Below, in pieces: positions 1 through 9,976 of a stretch of 57,712 nucleotides of DNA. Under the pieces are notes generated by a model, which was not told where the DNA came from, ran no database searches, and saw nothing but the letters and a program-made list of their open reading frames with translations. The first letter of the stretch is position 1. Each line of letters opens with the position of its first letter. Position numbers and translations under genes: made by a program. Source of the DNA: a virus (lineage: Duplodnaviria; Caudoviricetes); IMG/VR virus record IMGVR_UViG_3300030107_004068, positions 1-57,712 of that record; one strand, written 5' to 3'.

Positions 1-1401
1 TGGGTTGGCCCCCTCCCTTTTGCTGAGGTTGACGGAAGGCCTCTGCCTCATCTTGTCCCGCTGATTTTCAATCATGAGCCTGAGTTTCCTCTTCGAGGCT
101 TGGCTCACTCGGCTCGAGTCCTTCCTCAAATTCAAGAGTTGAACGCTTATCGGTCATTTATGGCGATGGCGACCCGAAAGGACACAAGGCAGTTCATCAC
201 CCGTAAAGGAACATTTGGCTCTGACGAGTTGACTGATCTGACTGAAGGCCATGACGGCCTAATTCTTCAGCTTGATCAGGACTTTGATCGACCACTTTCA
301 GATGCGATTGTTGGTCTCCCAAACTCTCCTATTAGCGCAAATGTAGATCAATACATGGCGATTGTTCAGGATGATCTTGAGCGAAACATCGGCATGTCTC
401 CATCAGCGCGAGGGATCGTAACTAAAGCTACTGCCTTCGAGGTTCAAGCCGTACAGCAGTACACTGAGTCTGATTTCGGGATGCATGCATCAATCAAAGA
501 TGAGTGGCTCGCTCACCTTTGTAAGGTTGTTATTCGCGCTCTGATTGCTTCAATGCAAGACCTTGGAGACTCTGCTGGAGCATTTGAAAACCAAGATGTT
601 GCGCTTGGTGAGGTTGGCGCCGTTTCTCTGGAAGAAGAGGGCGGTGAGGATTCGCCAGGAATTGATGGTGAAGGCCAGATCGAGGCTGCTGAAGAACAGC
701 AAGAGGATGCGGAGCAAGAGCCTTACATCAACGAAGATCAGATTGACGAGTTTACTGAAGACCTTCAAGAGCCAGAGAAGATTGAGCCTGAAATTCTGAA
801 GCTTCGTGATCGTAGGGAATTCGTTGATATTTCAGTTGAAGACTTGGATGCAGAGTTCGACATTACGTTTATTGAGGGCGGTGGGGCTCCAATGGATGAG
901 GCCACCAAGCAGCAAAACCTTCTTGGTCTCCTCGAGTCTTATTCTGCGCTTTGGGCTGCGGTTCAAGAGGGTGGTCCTCAATCGGTAATGGCTCGTGCAT
1001 ATATGAAGGCAATCGCTGAAAAGTTCCATCTTCCAAAGGATTTGCACCCAGATGAGATTGAGGCAAGAATCGCAGAGGAACAGGAAGAGATGGAAGCAGA
1101 GGGACAGGATCAGGAGGCCATGGTTGCGGCGACTGAGGCTCCAGAAGGCCAAATCCCTGGCGCACCTGAGGCCCCGATGGAGCCACTTCCGCCACCAGAT
1201 GTAAATCAAATACCACAACAACTTCAAGGTTTGTTAGACTTACCTCCAGATCAGGCCATACTCGCGCTTCGCGATATGTTTGCTGATGATCCAGAAATGC
1301 AGCAGGTACTAACAGAGATGGAAGCCTTGCCCCCAGAACAACAAGCTGAGATGATTGCATCACTTCTTCAGCCCCCAGGAGAGCCTGTTGCCCCTGTATA
1401 A
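1..1401 (+). CDS. Phage portal protein, C-terminal part (5'-truncated), with long acidic/Pro-rich tail
   Basis: Frame is open from base 1 (WVGPLPFAEVDGRPLPHLVPLIFNHEPEFPLRG...). It has portal-like motifs (ELN..RS, IGMS..ARG, TAFEV, EFDITFIEG) and lies upstream of scaffold and capsid. Confidence 0.75.
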   Translation, partial: WVGPLPFAEVDGRPLPHLVPLIFNHEPEFPLRGLAHSARVLPQIQELNAYRSFMAMATRKDTRQFITRKGTFGSDELTDLTEGHDGLILQLDQDFDRPLSDAIVGLPNSPISANVDQYMAIVQDDLERNIGMSPSARGIVTKATAFEVQAVQQYTESDFGMHASIKDEWLAHLCKVVIRALIASMQDLGDSAGAFENQDVALGEVGAVSLEEEGGEDSPGIDGEGQIEAAEEQQEDAEQEPYINEDQIDEFTEDLQEPEKIEPEILKLRDRREFVDISVEDLDAEFDITFIEGGGAPMDEATKQQNLLGLLESYSALWAAVQEGGPQSVMARAYMKAIAEKFHLPKDLHPDEIEARIAEEQEEMEAEGQDQEAMVAATEAPEGQIPGAPEAPMEPLPPPDVNQIPQQLQGLLDLPPDQAILALRDMFADDPEMQQVLTEMEALPPEQQAEMIASLLQPPGEPVAPV

Positions 1402-1984
1402 TTATATATGTGATTCGTGTGACTGGACGAAAGATAAGATCTTTAGGGCGTCTTCTCGTCCAAATGAAATCAATTGTGAATCGTGCCAGGGGACCGCTAA
1501 GTATAAGTTCAGCGTATCTAAGCATCAAAACTCTGATGCTAAATTTATAACTCCAGAATATTCAAGCGAAAAGCGTGGCTTGTCTATGCATCAATTTAAA
1601 TGCAATGAGTGCGATCACGTTTTTGATGAAATTATTGACCACAGCAAAGGCCAATCTGTTGATGATGCTTTTGAGTGCCCCGAATGTAAGGCTATGGATT
1701 GCTCGTGGAAGCCGTCTGTTCAAATAGACAGATGGAGCGAGCGTTTTCCTTACTATGATCGAGGACTTGGTGTTATGCTTCAAAGCAAAGCGCACCGTAG
1801 GAAAATATGCAAGGAACGTGGGTTGACACCAGTAGATGGTGATTTTGATGAAGAAAAGCTTTTCTCTGACCAAACAAATAGAAGAGAACGTGAAGAAAAA
1901 GAATACAACGATTATGTTGATAGATTAGATAATGCACCAGAGTTTAAAGAATATCGACGTGCGCAAGATCAAGGTAGATTTTAA
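1388..1984 (+). CDS. Double FmdB-type zinc-ribbon protein
   Basis: Probable TTG start at 1388 after AGGAG gives MPLYNYICDSC..CESC, followed by a second ribbon HQFKCNEC..CPEC. Confidence 0.7.
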   Translation: MPLYNYICDSCDWTKDKIFRASSRPNEINCESCQGTAKYKFSVSKHQNSDAKFITPEYSSEKRGLSMHQFKCNECDHVFDEIIDHSKGQSVDDAFECPECKAMDCSWKPSVQIDRWSERFPYYDRGLGVMLQSKAHRRKICKERGLTPVDGDFDEEKLFSDQTNRREREEKEYNDYVDRLDNAPEFKEYRRAQDQGRF

Positions 1985-2004
1985 TCTACTAAAAGGAGTC
2001 TTAA

Positions 2005-2667
2005 ATGCCTACTGATCCAAGAACAGGAAAGTCTCTCCCATACCCCGGCGAACCCGGATACGATGAGGCGATGGCCGCAAATCCAGACGCTTATGCTGAC
2101 GAGGGCATGATGGCTGAAGACCCAGGGGCAATGCCCATGGATGAAGCTGGGGCCCCAACGCCAGACGACATTGCAGCGCTAGAGCAAGAAGAGGCGGCCC
2201 TTCAGCAAGATATTACAAGCGAAATGGCTCCAATGCCAGAGAAACCATTCTCTGTAAAGGCAATTGGAACGCTTATCGATGAGTTCAATAGCACCATCGA
2301 CGCGTTTGCTGGAGAGGATATTCCCGACCTTGTGTGGGAAGACCCGGAAGGTGGAAAGAATTGGGACCAGCCTCTTCCTTCAGATATTTATGTACCACTT
2401 GTTGCCCTAGACGAGTCCTTGAAGATGGTCGGTGGCGGAGAGTTTTACGATAAATATGGGATGGATCTTCAGGGCCTTACCTCTGATCCAGAACTTCGAA
2501 AAGCCACAGCAAACCTGAAGAAAATGGGCAAGGACAAAAAACTTATTGAGGCAATGCAGGAGCCTCTTGCTGGCGCAGAAATGGACATGGAAAACCAAGG
2601 CGCCATGCCTCCTGAGCCGGGAATGTTCGATGAAGACGAGCAGGCCCTTGCAGCAAATATGGCATAA
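2005..2667 (+). CDS. Acidic hypothetical protein of the head module
   Basis: 220-aa ORF with AAGGAG RBS, located between portal and scaffold. Confidence 0.65.
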   Translation: MPTDPRTGKSLPYPGEPGYDEAMAANPDAYADEGMMAEDPGAMPMDEAGAPTPDDIAALEQEEAALQQDITSEMAPMPEKPFSVKAIGTLIDEFNSTIDAFAGEDIPDLVWEDPEGGKNWDQPLPSDIYVPLVALDESLKMVGGGEFYDKYGMDLQGLTSDPELRKATANLKKMGKDKKLIEAMQEPLAGAEMDMENQGAMPPEPGMFDEDEQALAANMA

Positions 2668-2714
2668 TGTTGCACGCAGTTATTGTAGAGTGGTAATATA
2701 AATATTAACGATGG

Positions 2715-3716
2715 TTGGAGATCATTGTGGATGAAATAAATCAAAATAATGAGGATGCTGAGGCTCCGTTGGGGGCTACTCAGGCGTTTGCTGAAAACCA
2801 AGGTGATCTGGACCAAGCTCCAGAGGTTCACGCCTCTGCTGCGGTTGATGATTCTCAGCCATCCTTTGATGACGCGCCATCTGGTGGTGCTGAGCCCTCG
2901 TTTAAGTCTGATGAGTCAGAACCGCATTCAAGCTTTAGTGCTCTTGATTTGGCGCTTAATGATATTGAAGAGCTTGAGCATGACGGCTTTTACGACAAGA
3001 TCGATGAAAGCCATCTGAAAGACTTGCCTCCGGTGGCTCGACGCATTCTGCACAACTTCCGTGTTGACCGTAAGCTTCAAGAGAAGAAGCACGGCACTGA
3101 GATGCAGAACCTTATGGCTAAGATCGAGGCCCGTGAGCGTCGTCTTGCCGAGTCAGAGCGTGATTTTGCAAAGCAGCAGGCTGAGTTCGCTTCTCTTGTA
3201 GAGAACCCTGAAGTTCAGGCGATTCTTCAAGAGCCACAAGGTGAAATGCCTGACGTTTATACCCAAGAGGGCATCGAGGCCCGAATTCAGCAGGGTATTG
3301 CAAAGGGTATGCAGACAATCCTTCAACCAATGAAGGCTGCTGCTGATATCAAGTCTAGAGAAAATGCATATCTTGATTTTCTTTCTGCACATCCAGAGAT
3401 GAAAGATCCTGGGTTCAAGAAGGAAGTTGCGGGGCTTGTCCGTAGTCGCGCTGATGCCGGAACTCCGGTAACTACTCAAGATGCATATCAATTGGTGAAG
3501 GCACAACGCATTCAGGCACAGCAGCAAGCTCGAGTCCTGAAGGAGCAACGTGCTCGCCAACAGTCTGCACGGCGTGTTGGTCGTGCTGTTTCGGGTGGTA
3601 ATCCCTCCAATGGAGAGATTCCTCCCGATGTCAAGAAGCAGGGTGCGTTTGCAATCGCGAACTGGCTAAAGGCAAACCCCGAAGCAGCCCGAAAACTCTC
3701 CCAATCACTCCGTTAA
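2715..3716 (+). CDS. Capsid scaffolding protein (putative)
   Basis: Acidic N-terminus, coiled-coil middle and basic C-terminus, directly upstream of the capsid gene. Confidence 0.65.
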   Translation: MEIIVDEINQNNEDAEAPLGATQAFAENQGDLDQAPEVHASAAVDDSQPSFDDAPSGGAEPSFKSDESEPHSSFSALDLALNDIEELEHDGFYDKIDESHLKDLPPVARRILHNFRVDRKLQEKKHGTEMQNLMAKIEARERRLAESERDFAKQQAEFASLVENPEVQAILQEPQGEMPDVYTQEGIEARIQQGIAKGMQTILQPMKAAADIKSRENAYLDFLSAHPEMKDPGFKKEVAGLVRSRADAGTPVTTQDAYQLVKAQRIQAQQQARVLKEQRARQQSARRVGRAVSGGNPSNGEIPPDVKKQGAFAIANWLKANPEAARKLSQSLR

Positions 3717-3744
3717 ACACTCTCCATTGGAGCAATAGAAAAAC

Positions 3745-4821
3745 ATGGCTACTACCGATCTTACCATTGGTAACGAACTACTCTCGACCACGATGCACAT
3801 CGTGATGAAGGAGTGGCGCGATAACGTCCACGAAAGCACTGCATTTTTGGATGCAGCAACCCGCGTACACGGTCAGGGCAACCCGACACAAGCTGGAGGA
3901 ACGAAGATCGTTGTCCCGCTTGGTTTCGGTGAGCACTCTAAGACTACTCGTATGCAAACAGGTTACGAGCGCATCGACCTTAGTGTCGAAGACGTGTTCT
4001 TGCCTGCTCAATACGACTGGGCACACGTTGTTCGTCCTGTTGCGATTTCTTCTGAAGAAGAGCTTGTCAACCAAGGCGATGCAGCAATCCTCTCTATCCT
4101 CGAAAGCCGCGTCAAGATGACTGCAAACGCTCTCAAGCGTGAGTACGTCAAGCAAATGGTTCAAGGTAACCAGGCTGGATGGGAAGACTGGAACCACCTC
4201 AACGGCATCGACTTCGATAGTGGAACCCCTACAGATGGTTTCGCTGGTGGATTCCTTGAGGCTTCTGCGCCCATCACTGGTTCACAGAACAACACCCCTG
4301 GTGGTGTTGCGAAGAACACCTATGCAGCCAAGACTGGTTGGAACAACCAGTACTTTGATGGCTCTGACTCGTTCAACTCGAACGGTCTTGCTGGCTTGTA
4401 CGACCTTATGGTCGAGATCAACGCTGTGTCGCCTTCTGGCCCGCCCAACGTGATTCTTGCTTCCCGCAGTGGATTCAAGAACCTGAAGCGTGCCCTGTCG
4501 GCTTCTGAGCGCTACATCGATACTGCCAAGCTTGATGGTGGTCGCGTGTCTCAAACTTGGGACGGTGTGCCAATCGATGTCGAGTACAACATGCCCAACA
4601 TCACTGGAAAGACTTCTGCTACAACTGAAGCTTCTTTCTACATGCTGAACATGGACGACATCTACACCCTGTGGGATCCGAAGGGCTACTTCGATCTGGG
4701 TGACTTCGAGACTGTGTCTGGTGAGTACGATGTTCGTGCTGCCAAGATGCGCGTCCGTGGTCAGTTGATCGCGAAGCACCTCGGTTCTTCAGGTCTTGCA
4801 GTTAACCTGGACACGTTCTAG
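3745..4821 (+). CDS. Major capsid protein (HK97 fold)
   Basis: 358 aa with GGTKIVVPL, AQYDW, ISSEEEL..N.G...ILSILE and FYMLN motifs typical of podovirus capsid proteins; strongly biased codon use. Confidence 0.85.
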   Translation: MATTDLTIGNELLSTTMHIVMKEWRDNVHESTAFLDAATRVHGQGNPTQAGGTKIVVPLGFGEHSKTTRMQTGYERIDLSVEDVFLPAQYDWAHVVRPVAISSEEELVNQGDAAILSILESRVKMTANALKREYVKQMVQGNQAGWEDWNHLNGIDFDSGTPTDGFAGGFLEASAPITGSQNNTPGGVAKNTYAAKTGWNNQYFDGSDSFNSNGLAGLYDLMVEINAVSPSGPPNVILASRSGFKNLKRALSASERYIDTAKLDGGRVSQTWDGVPIDVEYNMPNITGKTSATTEASFYMLNMDDIYTLWDPKGYFDLGDFETVSGEYDVRAAKMRVRGQLIAKHLGSSGLAVNLDTF

Positions 4822-4830
4822 GATTTCATT

Positions 4831-4858
4831 TGGGTGGGGGTCGTTGTGATCTCCACCC
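4831..4858 (+). terminator. Hairpin downstream of the capsid gene (terminator or stabiliser)
   Basis: GGGTGGGGGTC-GTTGT-GATCTCCACCC stem-loop; weak U-tract. Confidence 0.4.
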
Positions 4859-4895
4859 TACTTAACAGCCAATGTCTCGAGAGTAGGAGGACAAA

Positions 4896-5366
4896 ATGGC
4901 AGTACATAAGATTGATGGCGTTAATGGCGTCGTAAATTACCCCAAGAAGTTTGTGACCCTTTGGGCGGATGGTGCAATCACTAAGGGTGACGTTGTTTGC
5001 TTTTCTTCGTCAACAACGTATGGGATCGGTCTAAGCGTTACCATCACTGATGGTTCAGTTGCAATCGCTGACGATTCACAGCGCGCAGTTGGCATTGCAG
5101 TAGAGACTGTCACTACTGGTAAGCCTGTAAAGGTTCAGGTCGCTGGATACAACAATATGTCCACGGCTGCTGCAAATATCGACATCTGGGATCCGGTCGG
5201 GCACGACACTGGTGTCGATGGTCGCATTCAGACGATCGGCGGTACTGCTGATGGTACAGTTGCTTTTACCACAAAAGTAAAGCCGATTGGTATTTGTATT
5301 GACGCCTTTACTTCTGGTAACGCTGACGGCGCGATCATGATCTATGATCACGGCATGTTCGGTTGA
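4896..5366 (+). CDS. Capsid decoration/cement-like protein
   Basis: ITKGDVV...AVGIAVE...VKVQVAG and PIGICID motifs of DUF2190-like cement proteins; follows the capsid gene. Confidence 0.65.
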   Translation: MAVHKIDGVNGVVNYPKKFVTLWADGAITKGDVVCFSSSTTYGIGLSVTITDGSVAIADDSQRAVGIAVETVTTGKPVKVQVAGYNNMSTAAANIDIWDPVGHDTGVDGRIQTIGGTADGTVAFTTKVKPIGICIDAFTSGNADGAIMIYDHGMFG

Positions 5367-5399
5367 TATAAGAATCGCTACCGGACCTCGGTCCATTCT

Positions 5400-5441
5400 C
5401 GGCTGCTGGGGTATACTACTTCAGCAGCCGTTTTCTTTTTT
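5400..5441 (+). terminator. Rho-independent terminator
   Basis: CGGCTGCTGG..TCAGCAGCCG stem followed by TTTTCTTTTTT. Confidence 0.7.
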
Positions 5442-5452
5442 AGGGGTCAACA

Positions 5453-7354
5453 ATGAATCTCAAAGAGATTGTACAAGAGATCAACTCAGCGCTCGATTAC
5501 AACCCCGATATCAAGGCCTATACGGACCAAGTCGTTCGGGTCGTTAATCGCCATTACCTGCAGGTTTCAGGTCAGTATCCCTGGAAGTTCATGCAGAAGA
5601 CTGAAGATATCATTCTTCGCCCCGATATTTCTGGGTCTGCAGATAACAGACTTCAAGTTTTTGTTGGTAGTCGTGGTGAAACAGACATTCCAAGTGTTTC
5701 ACGAAGGTTAAAATTTAAAGGTGATTCACAAGCTGTTGTGACCACAGAAATGGAAGGCCAGCACTTGGTATTAGATCTTCAAACTCGTGAAAACGCTGCT
5801 GCATCTACGCCATCAGCTAGTTCCTATAAAACAACCCCTCAGGGTGCTGGAGGATTTGGGCAAGACTTTCTTATTACTAGAGCGGTAATTGGAAGGTGGG
5901 ATCCAAGCGGGCCGAGTGGATCTATTCCTGGCCTAGAGACAGCCAAGAACTATGTATCCTCCGGTACGGATGACGGAGGAACACCATTGGGCATTGGAGG
6001 AACTGGCAGTGAACACGAGCACATGAGTGTTGCTACCGTTACTTCCGGTAAGACAAATCCTTCGCCATATTATATTGATACAACAAACTCGTATATCGTT
6101 ATTGAATCAGAGATGTCTGAAGACTTGTTTGCTGCAGTCAATGATGCAGATGTCGCCGCTGGAACGAGATCTGTAGACGATAAAACCATCACGACAGATT
6201 GGAAAATAGAGTTCAGGCGTTTTCCGCTACCGAAAGACTGTGCAGAAGTTCTATCTTTTATGGATCGAGGCGCGAGCGTGCCCGCTCACAGCGTTGTTGG
6301 TGGTACTTCAACCACAACCAAGAAAACATCTCCAGACAAAGGTCGCTTAGTCTTTATAGACTCAAAGAAAGAAGAGTATCTATTTTTAGATAGAGATTCT
6401 TCTGGAGACCCAATGGTGGCAGTTGAAGATGAATGGATGCATCTTGAGGCCCCCTCTGTTGCCCCACTACTGCAGATAGACGACAGTATCAAAGGAATGT
6501 TTAGCACAGGGCAAACATATCAATACTGCTATACGTTCTTGTATGCTGGAGGAGAGTCTCCACCGTCGCCAGTTGCAGAGATAGCTGGGCAGTCTGGATA
6601 CGCAATCAGGGTCTATGGTTTAGAAGACACATCATCTTCGTATGGTAAAGATGGTGAAACTGGCAGAATAAAGAGGCTTTATAGAAGGCTGGCTCCAGAC
6701 CCAAAAAAGAAAAACGGAGCAAATGTAAACACAGGCTCTGGCCCCTGGTTGCACGTTGTGGACCTAACTGAGGTTGGCGGAACTAGTCGTGTAGAGAGTC
6801 AGGAATATGGTGTAGATAGTAAGAGCGCTAAAGTTAAAAACGACGACAAAGAACACAACTTTTGGGACCAGGGAAGCACAAAGGGAGACTTTGGATCTTT
6901 TAGCGACTCTCCATTTTTCGCTGCTGCGCTTACTGGTGCTCCAGACAGCCAAGACATTGTTTCTAAATTCACTTACCACGGTGGTGATAAGTACAAGCTA
7001 ATTCGGCTCGATGAACACGGCCCAAGGCAATGGATTCGAGTATATCGTCCACCTTCTGATGATATGAAAATTCAGGTTCGATACCTCGCGAAGCCAAGGC
7101 GCATGGTTAGCGATAACGATTACCCCAACTGGCCTCCACAGTACCATCACTTGCTGGTTTACTTGTCTCTTTCAGACATCTGTATGCAGCATGGAATGAC
7201 AACACAGTCACAACTGTATGAGCGCAAAGCCCAGCAACTCCTTGATCGAATGAGGCAAAAATACCTGTCATCCCCCGCAAGGCAGTACATTCGTCGTGGA
7301 TTTGATGCTCGCTTTTCTTCTGGTGAGCGCTGGGGAACACCAACTAAGATTTAA
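5453..7354 (+). CDS. Head-tail adaptor / tail tubular protein A-like with large insertions
   Basis: N-terminal MNLKEI...VN..Y....YPWKF and C-terminal YRPPS....I.VRY...P..M....D.P..P.QYH.LLVY adaptor motifs. Confidence 0.7.
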   Translation: MNLKEIVQEINSALDYNPDIKAYTDQVVRVVNRHYLQVSGQYPWKFMQKTEDIILRPDISGSADNRLQVFVGSRGETDIPSVSRRLKFKGDSQAVVTTEMEGQHLVLDLQTRENAAASTPSASSYKTTPQGAGGFGQDFLITRAVIGRWDPSGPSGSIPGLETAKNYVSSGTDDGGTPLGIGGTGSEHEHMSVATVTSGKTNPSPYYIDTTNSYIVIESEMSEDLFAAVNDADVAAGTRSVDDKTITTDWKIEFRRFPLPKDCAEVLSFMDRGASVPAHSVVGGTSTTTKKTSPDKGRLVFIDSKKEEYLFLDRDSSGDPMVAVEDEWMHLEAPSVAPLLQIDDSIKGMFSTGQTYQYCYTFLYAGGESPPSPVAEIAGQSGYAIRVYGLEDTSSSYGKDGETGRIKRLYRRLAPDPKKKNGANVNTGSGPWLHVVDLTEVGGTSRVESQEYGVDSKSAKVKNDDKEHNFWDQGSTKGDFGSFSDSPFFAAALTGAPDSQDIVSKFTYHGGDKYKLIRLDEHGPRQWIRVYRPPSDDMKIQVRYLAKPRRMVSDNDYPNWPPQYHHLLVYLSLSDICMQHGMTTQSQLYERKAQQLLDRMRQKYLSSPARQYIRRGFDARFSSGERWGTPTKI

Positions 7355-7362
7355 GGCTTGTC

Positions 7363-9975
7363 ATGAACAGTCAAACTTTCAATGTATTTAGACTTCGTGG
7401 AATGGATGAGCGATGGATTGCTGAAGTAAACAGCGCATCGTTGATCGTAGACATGACCTGGAGCGGGAAAGACTCTTGGAAAGATTCTGGAGGATACGAT
7501 CAGGTTTGGGCCCCAAAGCATGAGTATGAAGTAGACGAAGAGTACACCCCCCCAACTGATTCTGATGATTATGGTGAAGACGATAAACCAGATGAAAACG
7601 ACACCAATGGAGGCGGCGATCCAAGGTGGGAAGGAGTAGATGAGCCAAAAGAAGACGGTGACGAAGAGATAAAAGAAGACGGTGACGAAGAGATAAAAGA
7701 AGATGATGATTCATACGAAGACCCCAACCCTGAACCTCCTCATGAGACTGACGATAGAGGAACAATTGAAGAATATTATCATCATTATCCAATTCATTCT
7801 TTGCATTGGTTTTCACAACACAACGGTGCTCGACAATGGACAATTTGGGAATCTCAAACAACTCGTGGAGCGATCAGAAGTGATTCTAGATTAAAGTTAA
7901 AGTGTTTCGATGGAACGCTGGTAAACAGCACAGATTACAGTGAACACACAGGCAAGGCTCCGTGGAGAACGCTTAAAACATATGCACCTGAGAAATACCC
8001 GGTTGGAAGTACACATGTTCCATTCAAAAGTGTAGATGATAGAATTCCTGTCGAAGTTGGAATCACAACTCAATCCGAAACTTGGGGCGGAAGGTTATAC
8101 CTTGTAAATGGGTATAATTCTCCGATTGTTTTCAATGGTGAATATGTAGAAATTGCAGGCTTTACTACTCCGCCTCCGCCTCCAACAGCAAGCGCTGCAC
8201 CTTGGGACGCCGGTAACACTCGGGTCAAGGGACATGGTTACCCTCAAAAAGACGGCGCAAGGTCTAAGTATGGAAGATGGAGAGAGCTTACCTACTCTGG
8301 TATGGGGCCTCGCGGGTACTCTGAGTATGCCGCAGGATCATACAGAGCGTACGGGGGTGATCCTGGTTCTGAGACTCCTGGTATTTACGGTGAAGGTCGG
8401 CCTGAGGGAGACTCCAGAAAGATGTGGTCTGACCTTCGAAACAAGGAACAACATGATAACAGAAAAGTGGGATGGCAATACCGCGTTACTTATGTGAACG
8501 ACCGTGGTCAGGAATCTATGCCTTCTGACCCAAGCAACACGGTTGTTACCCATAATGGTAGTGGAAACAAATCTTCTGGTCTGCACGGCAAGTGCATGGT
8601 TTCTGTCGATATTCCGATTGGTCCACCAGAGTGCGTAGCCAGAAAGATATATAGAACTCGGCAGTTGTTTAATTCAGATGGTGACGCAATAGAAAGGGGC
8701 GCATCAGCCGTCTATTACTTCTTGCATGAAGTTCAAGACAACATGACTTCAACGTTTATTGATCATCACCCAGATAGCTCCTTGGGATCAATATTGAATG
8801 AAAATGAGCTTGGCAACTATCCAATTGGAACAAAGTTTCTTGCTACATTTAAGAACACAATGTTTGCTGCAGGATCTTCGGCAAACACTATTCATTATTC
8901 TGCTGCACTTTTTCCAGAGGTTTTCCCATCAAGGAATGAGATTCATGTCGGAGATGAAGATGGTGGCGAAATTACGGGCATTAGAGCGACTAAAAATGCT
9001 TTGATTGTGTTCAAAACAAGAGGTATTTATTTAATTAAAGGCGATCCGTCTGGCGGCTTTTTTGCTCATACTTTGAACAAAGATGTTGGTTGCGTTGCCC
9101 CAGCATCTCTGAAAGAAATACCTGGGCTTGGCATGGCATTTCTTTCTGAAAAAGGAGTAATGCTTCTTGAAGGCGCTCTAGAAAACTCTGGAACCGTTAC
9201 CGCAGTAGTTGATATATCTACAACTATTCCAAACCAAATTGAGAGAATCACGAAGGCAACGGCCATCAATGCTGTTGGTGTCGTGTATTTAAAAGACAAA
9301 GAATATTGGCTTGCTGTCCCAATAGATGGCTCCAGAGAAAACACTAGAGTTTTGGTTTATCATTACGAAATTGGCGCTTGGAGCATTAGAGATAATTTTC
9401 CGATTAAGTGCGCCATAACAACAAGGGATCACAGGGGATATTTGTATTTCGGCTCTAACATAAATGCAGATAGTGATGTGCCTAGTTCAGAATTCAAAAC
9501 AGGCCTATGTGTTTACTCAAGAGGTTTTAGTAAAAAAGGAAGAACAGCAATTACTCCTACATATTCAACTAATCATATTCCTTTTGGTAATTATTTTGCC
9601 ACTGTTCAGCCGTGTCATGTAATGGCCTACTGTGTTGGCATGGGTGACAATGATATTCAGATTAACTATGAAGTAAATAGATCGCACAACCCAATTAGAA
9701 GCATATCACAGGGAGCCGACCAGCAAGACCCTAATGAGCGTTTTCCAGTATATGGTAGCGCAATATGGGGTGAAGACGAATGGGCTACACATAGACCAAC
9801 GGTTGTACGGTTTGACGTTAGCACTGCTTCTCGCGGTCCATGTAGAGAGTTTAAGGTGACATTTACTTCGGAAAGAAGGCGGATGGAACTTATCGGTTAT
9901 GATTTAGAAACAAAGATTGGAGAGCAGCGCAACATCAAGGCGCTTAATGAGGCTCTTTCGCCGGATCGGAGATAA
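7363..9975 (+). CDS. Tail nozzle / tubular protein B-like (P22 gp10-like beta-propeller)
   Basis: LYLVNG, IHYS, GGEITGI, LIVFKTRGIYLI, VGCVAP.S and VLVYHY..GAWS motifs; position after the adaptor. Confidence 0.75.
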   Translation: MNSQTFNVFRLRGMDERWIAEVNSASLIVDMTWSGKDSWKDSGGYDQVWAPKHEYEVDEEYTPPTDSDDYGEDDKPDENDTNGGGDPRWEGVDEPKEDGDEEIKEDGDEEIKEDDDSYEDPNPEPPHETDDRGTIEEYYHHYPIHSLHWFSQHNGARQWTIWESQTTRGAIRSDSRLKLKCFDGTLVNSTDYSEHTGKAPWRTLKTYAPEKYPVGSTHVPFKSVDDRIPVEVGITTQSETWGGRLYLVNGYNSPIVFNGEYVEIAGFTTPPPPPTASAAPWDAGNTRVKGHGYPQKDGARSKYGRWRELTYSGMGPRGYSEYAAGSYRAYGGDPGSETPGIYGEGRPEGDSRKMWSDLRNKEQHDNRKVGWQYRVTYVNDRGQESMPSDPSNTVVTHNGSGNKSSGLHGKCMVSVDIPIGPPECVARKIYRTRQLFNSDGDAIERGASAVYYFLHEVQDNMTSTFIDHHPDSSLGSILNENELGNYPIGTKFLATFKNTMFAAGSSANTIHYSAALFPEVFPSRNEIHVGDEDGGEITGIRATKNALIVFKTRGIYLIKGDPSGGFFAHTLNKDVGCVAPASLKEIPGLGMAFLSEKGVMLLEGALENSGTVTAVVDISTTIPNQIERITKATAINAVGVVYLKDKEYWLAVPIDGSRENTRVLVYHYEIGAWSIRDNFPIKCAITTRDHRGYLYFGSNINADSDVPSSEFKTGLCVYSRGFSKKGRTAITPTYSTNHIPFGNYFATVQPCHVMAYCVGMGDNDIQINYEVNRSHNPIRSISQGADQQDPNERFPVYGSAIWGEDEWATHRPTVVRFDVSTASRGPCREFKVTFTSERRRMELIGYDLETKIGEQRNIKALNEALSPDRR
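7647..7709 (+). repeat. 24-bp tandem repeat (two full copies plus a partial) encoding KEDGDEEI
   Basis: AAAAGAAGACGGTGACGAAGAGAT at 7647 and 7671, with a degenerate third copy at 7695. Confidence 0.9.
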
Positions 9976-9976
9976 A

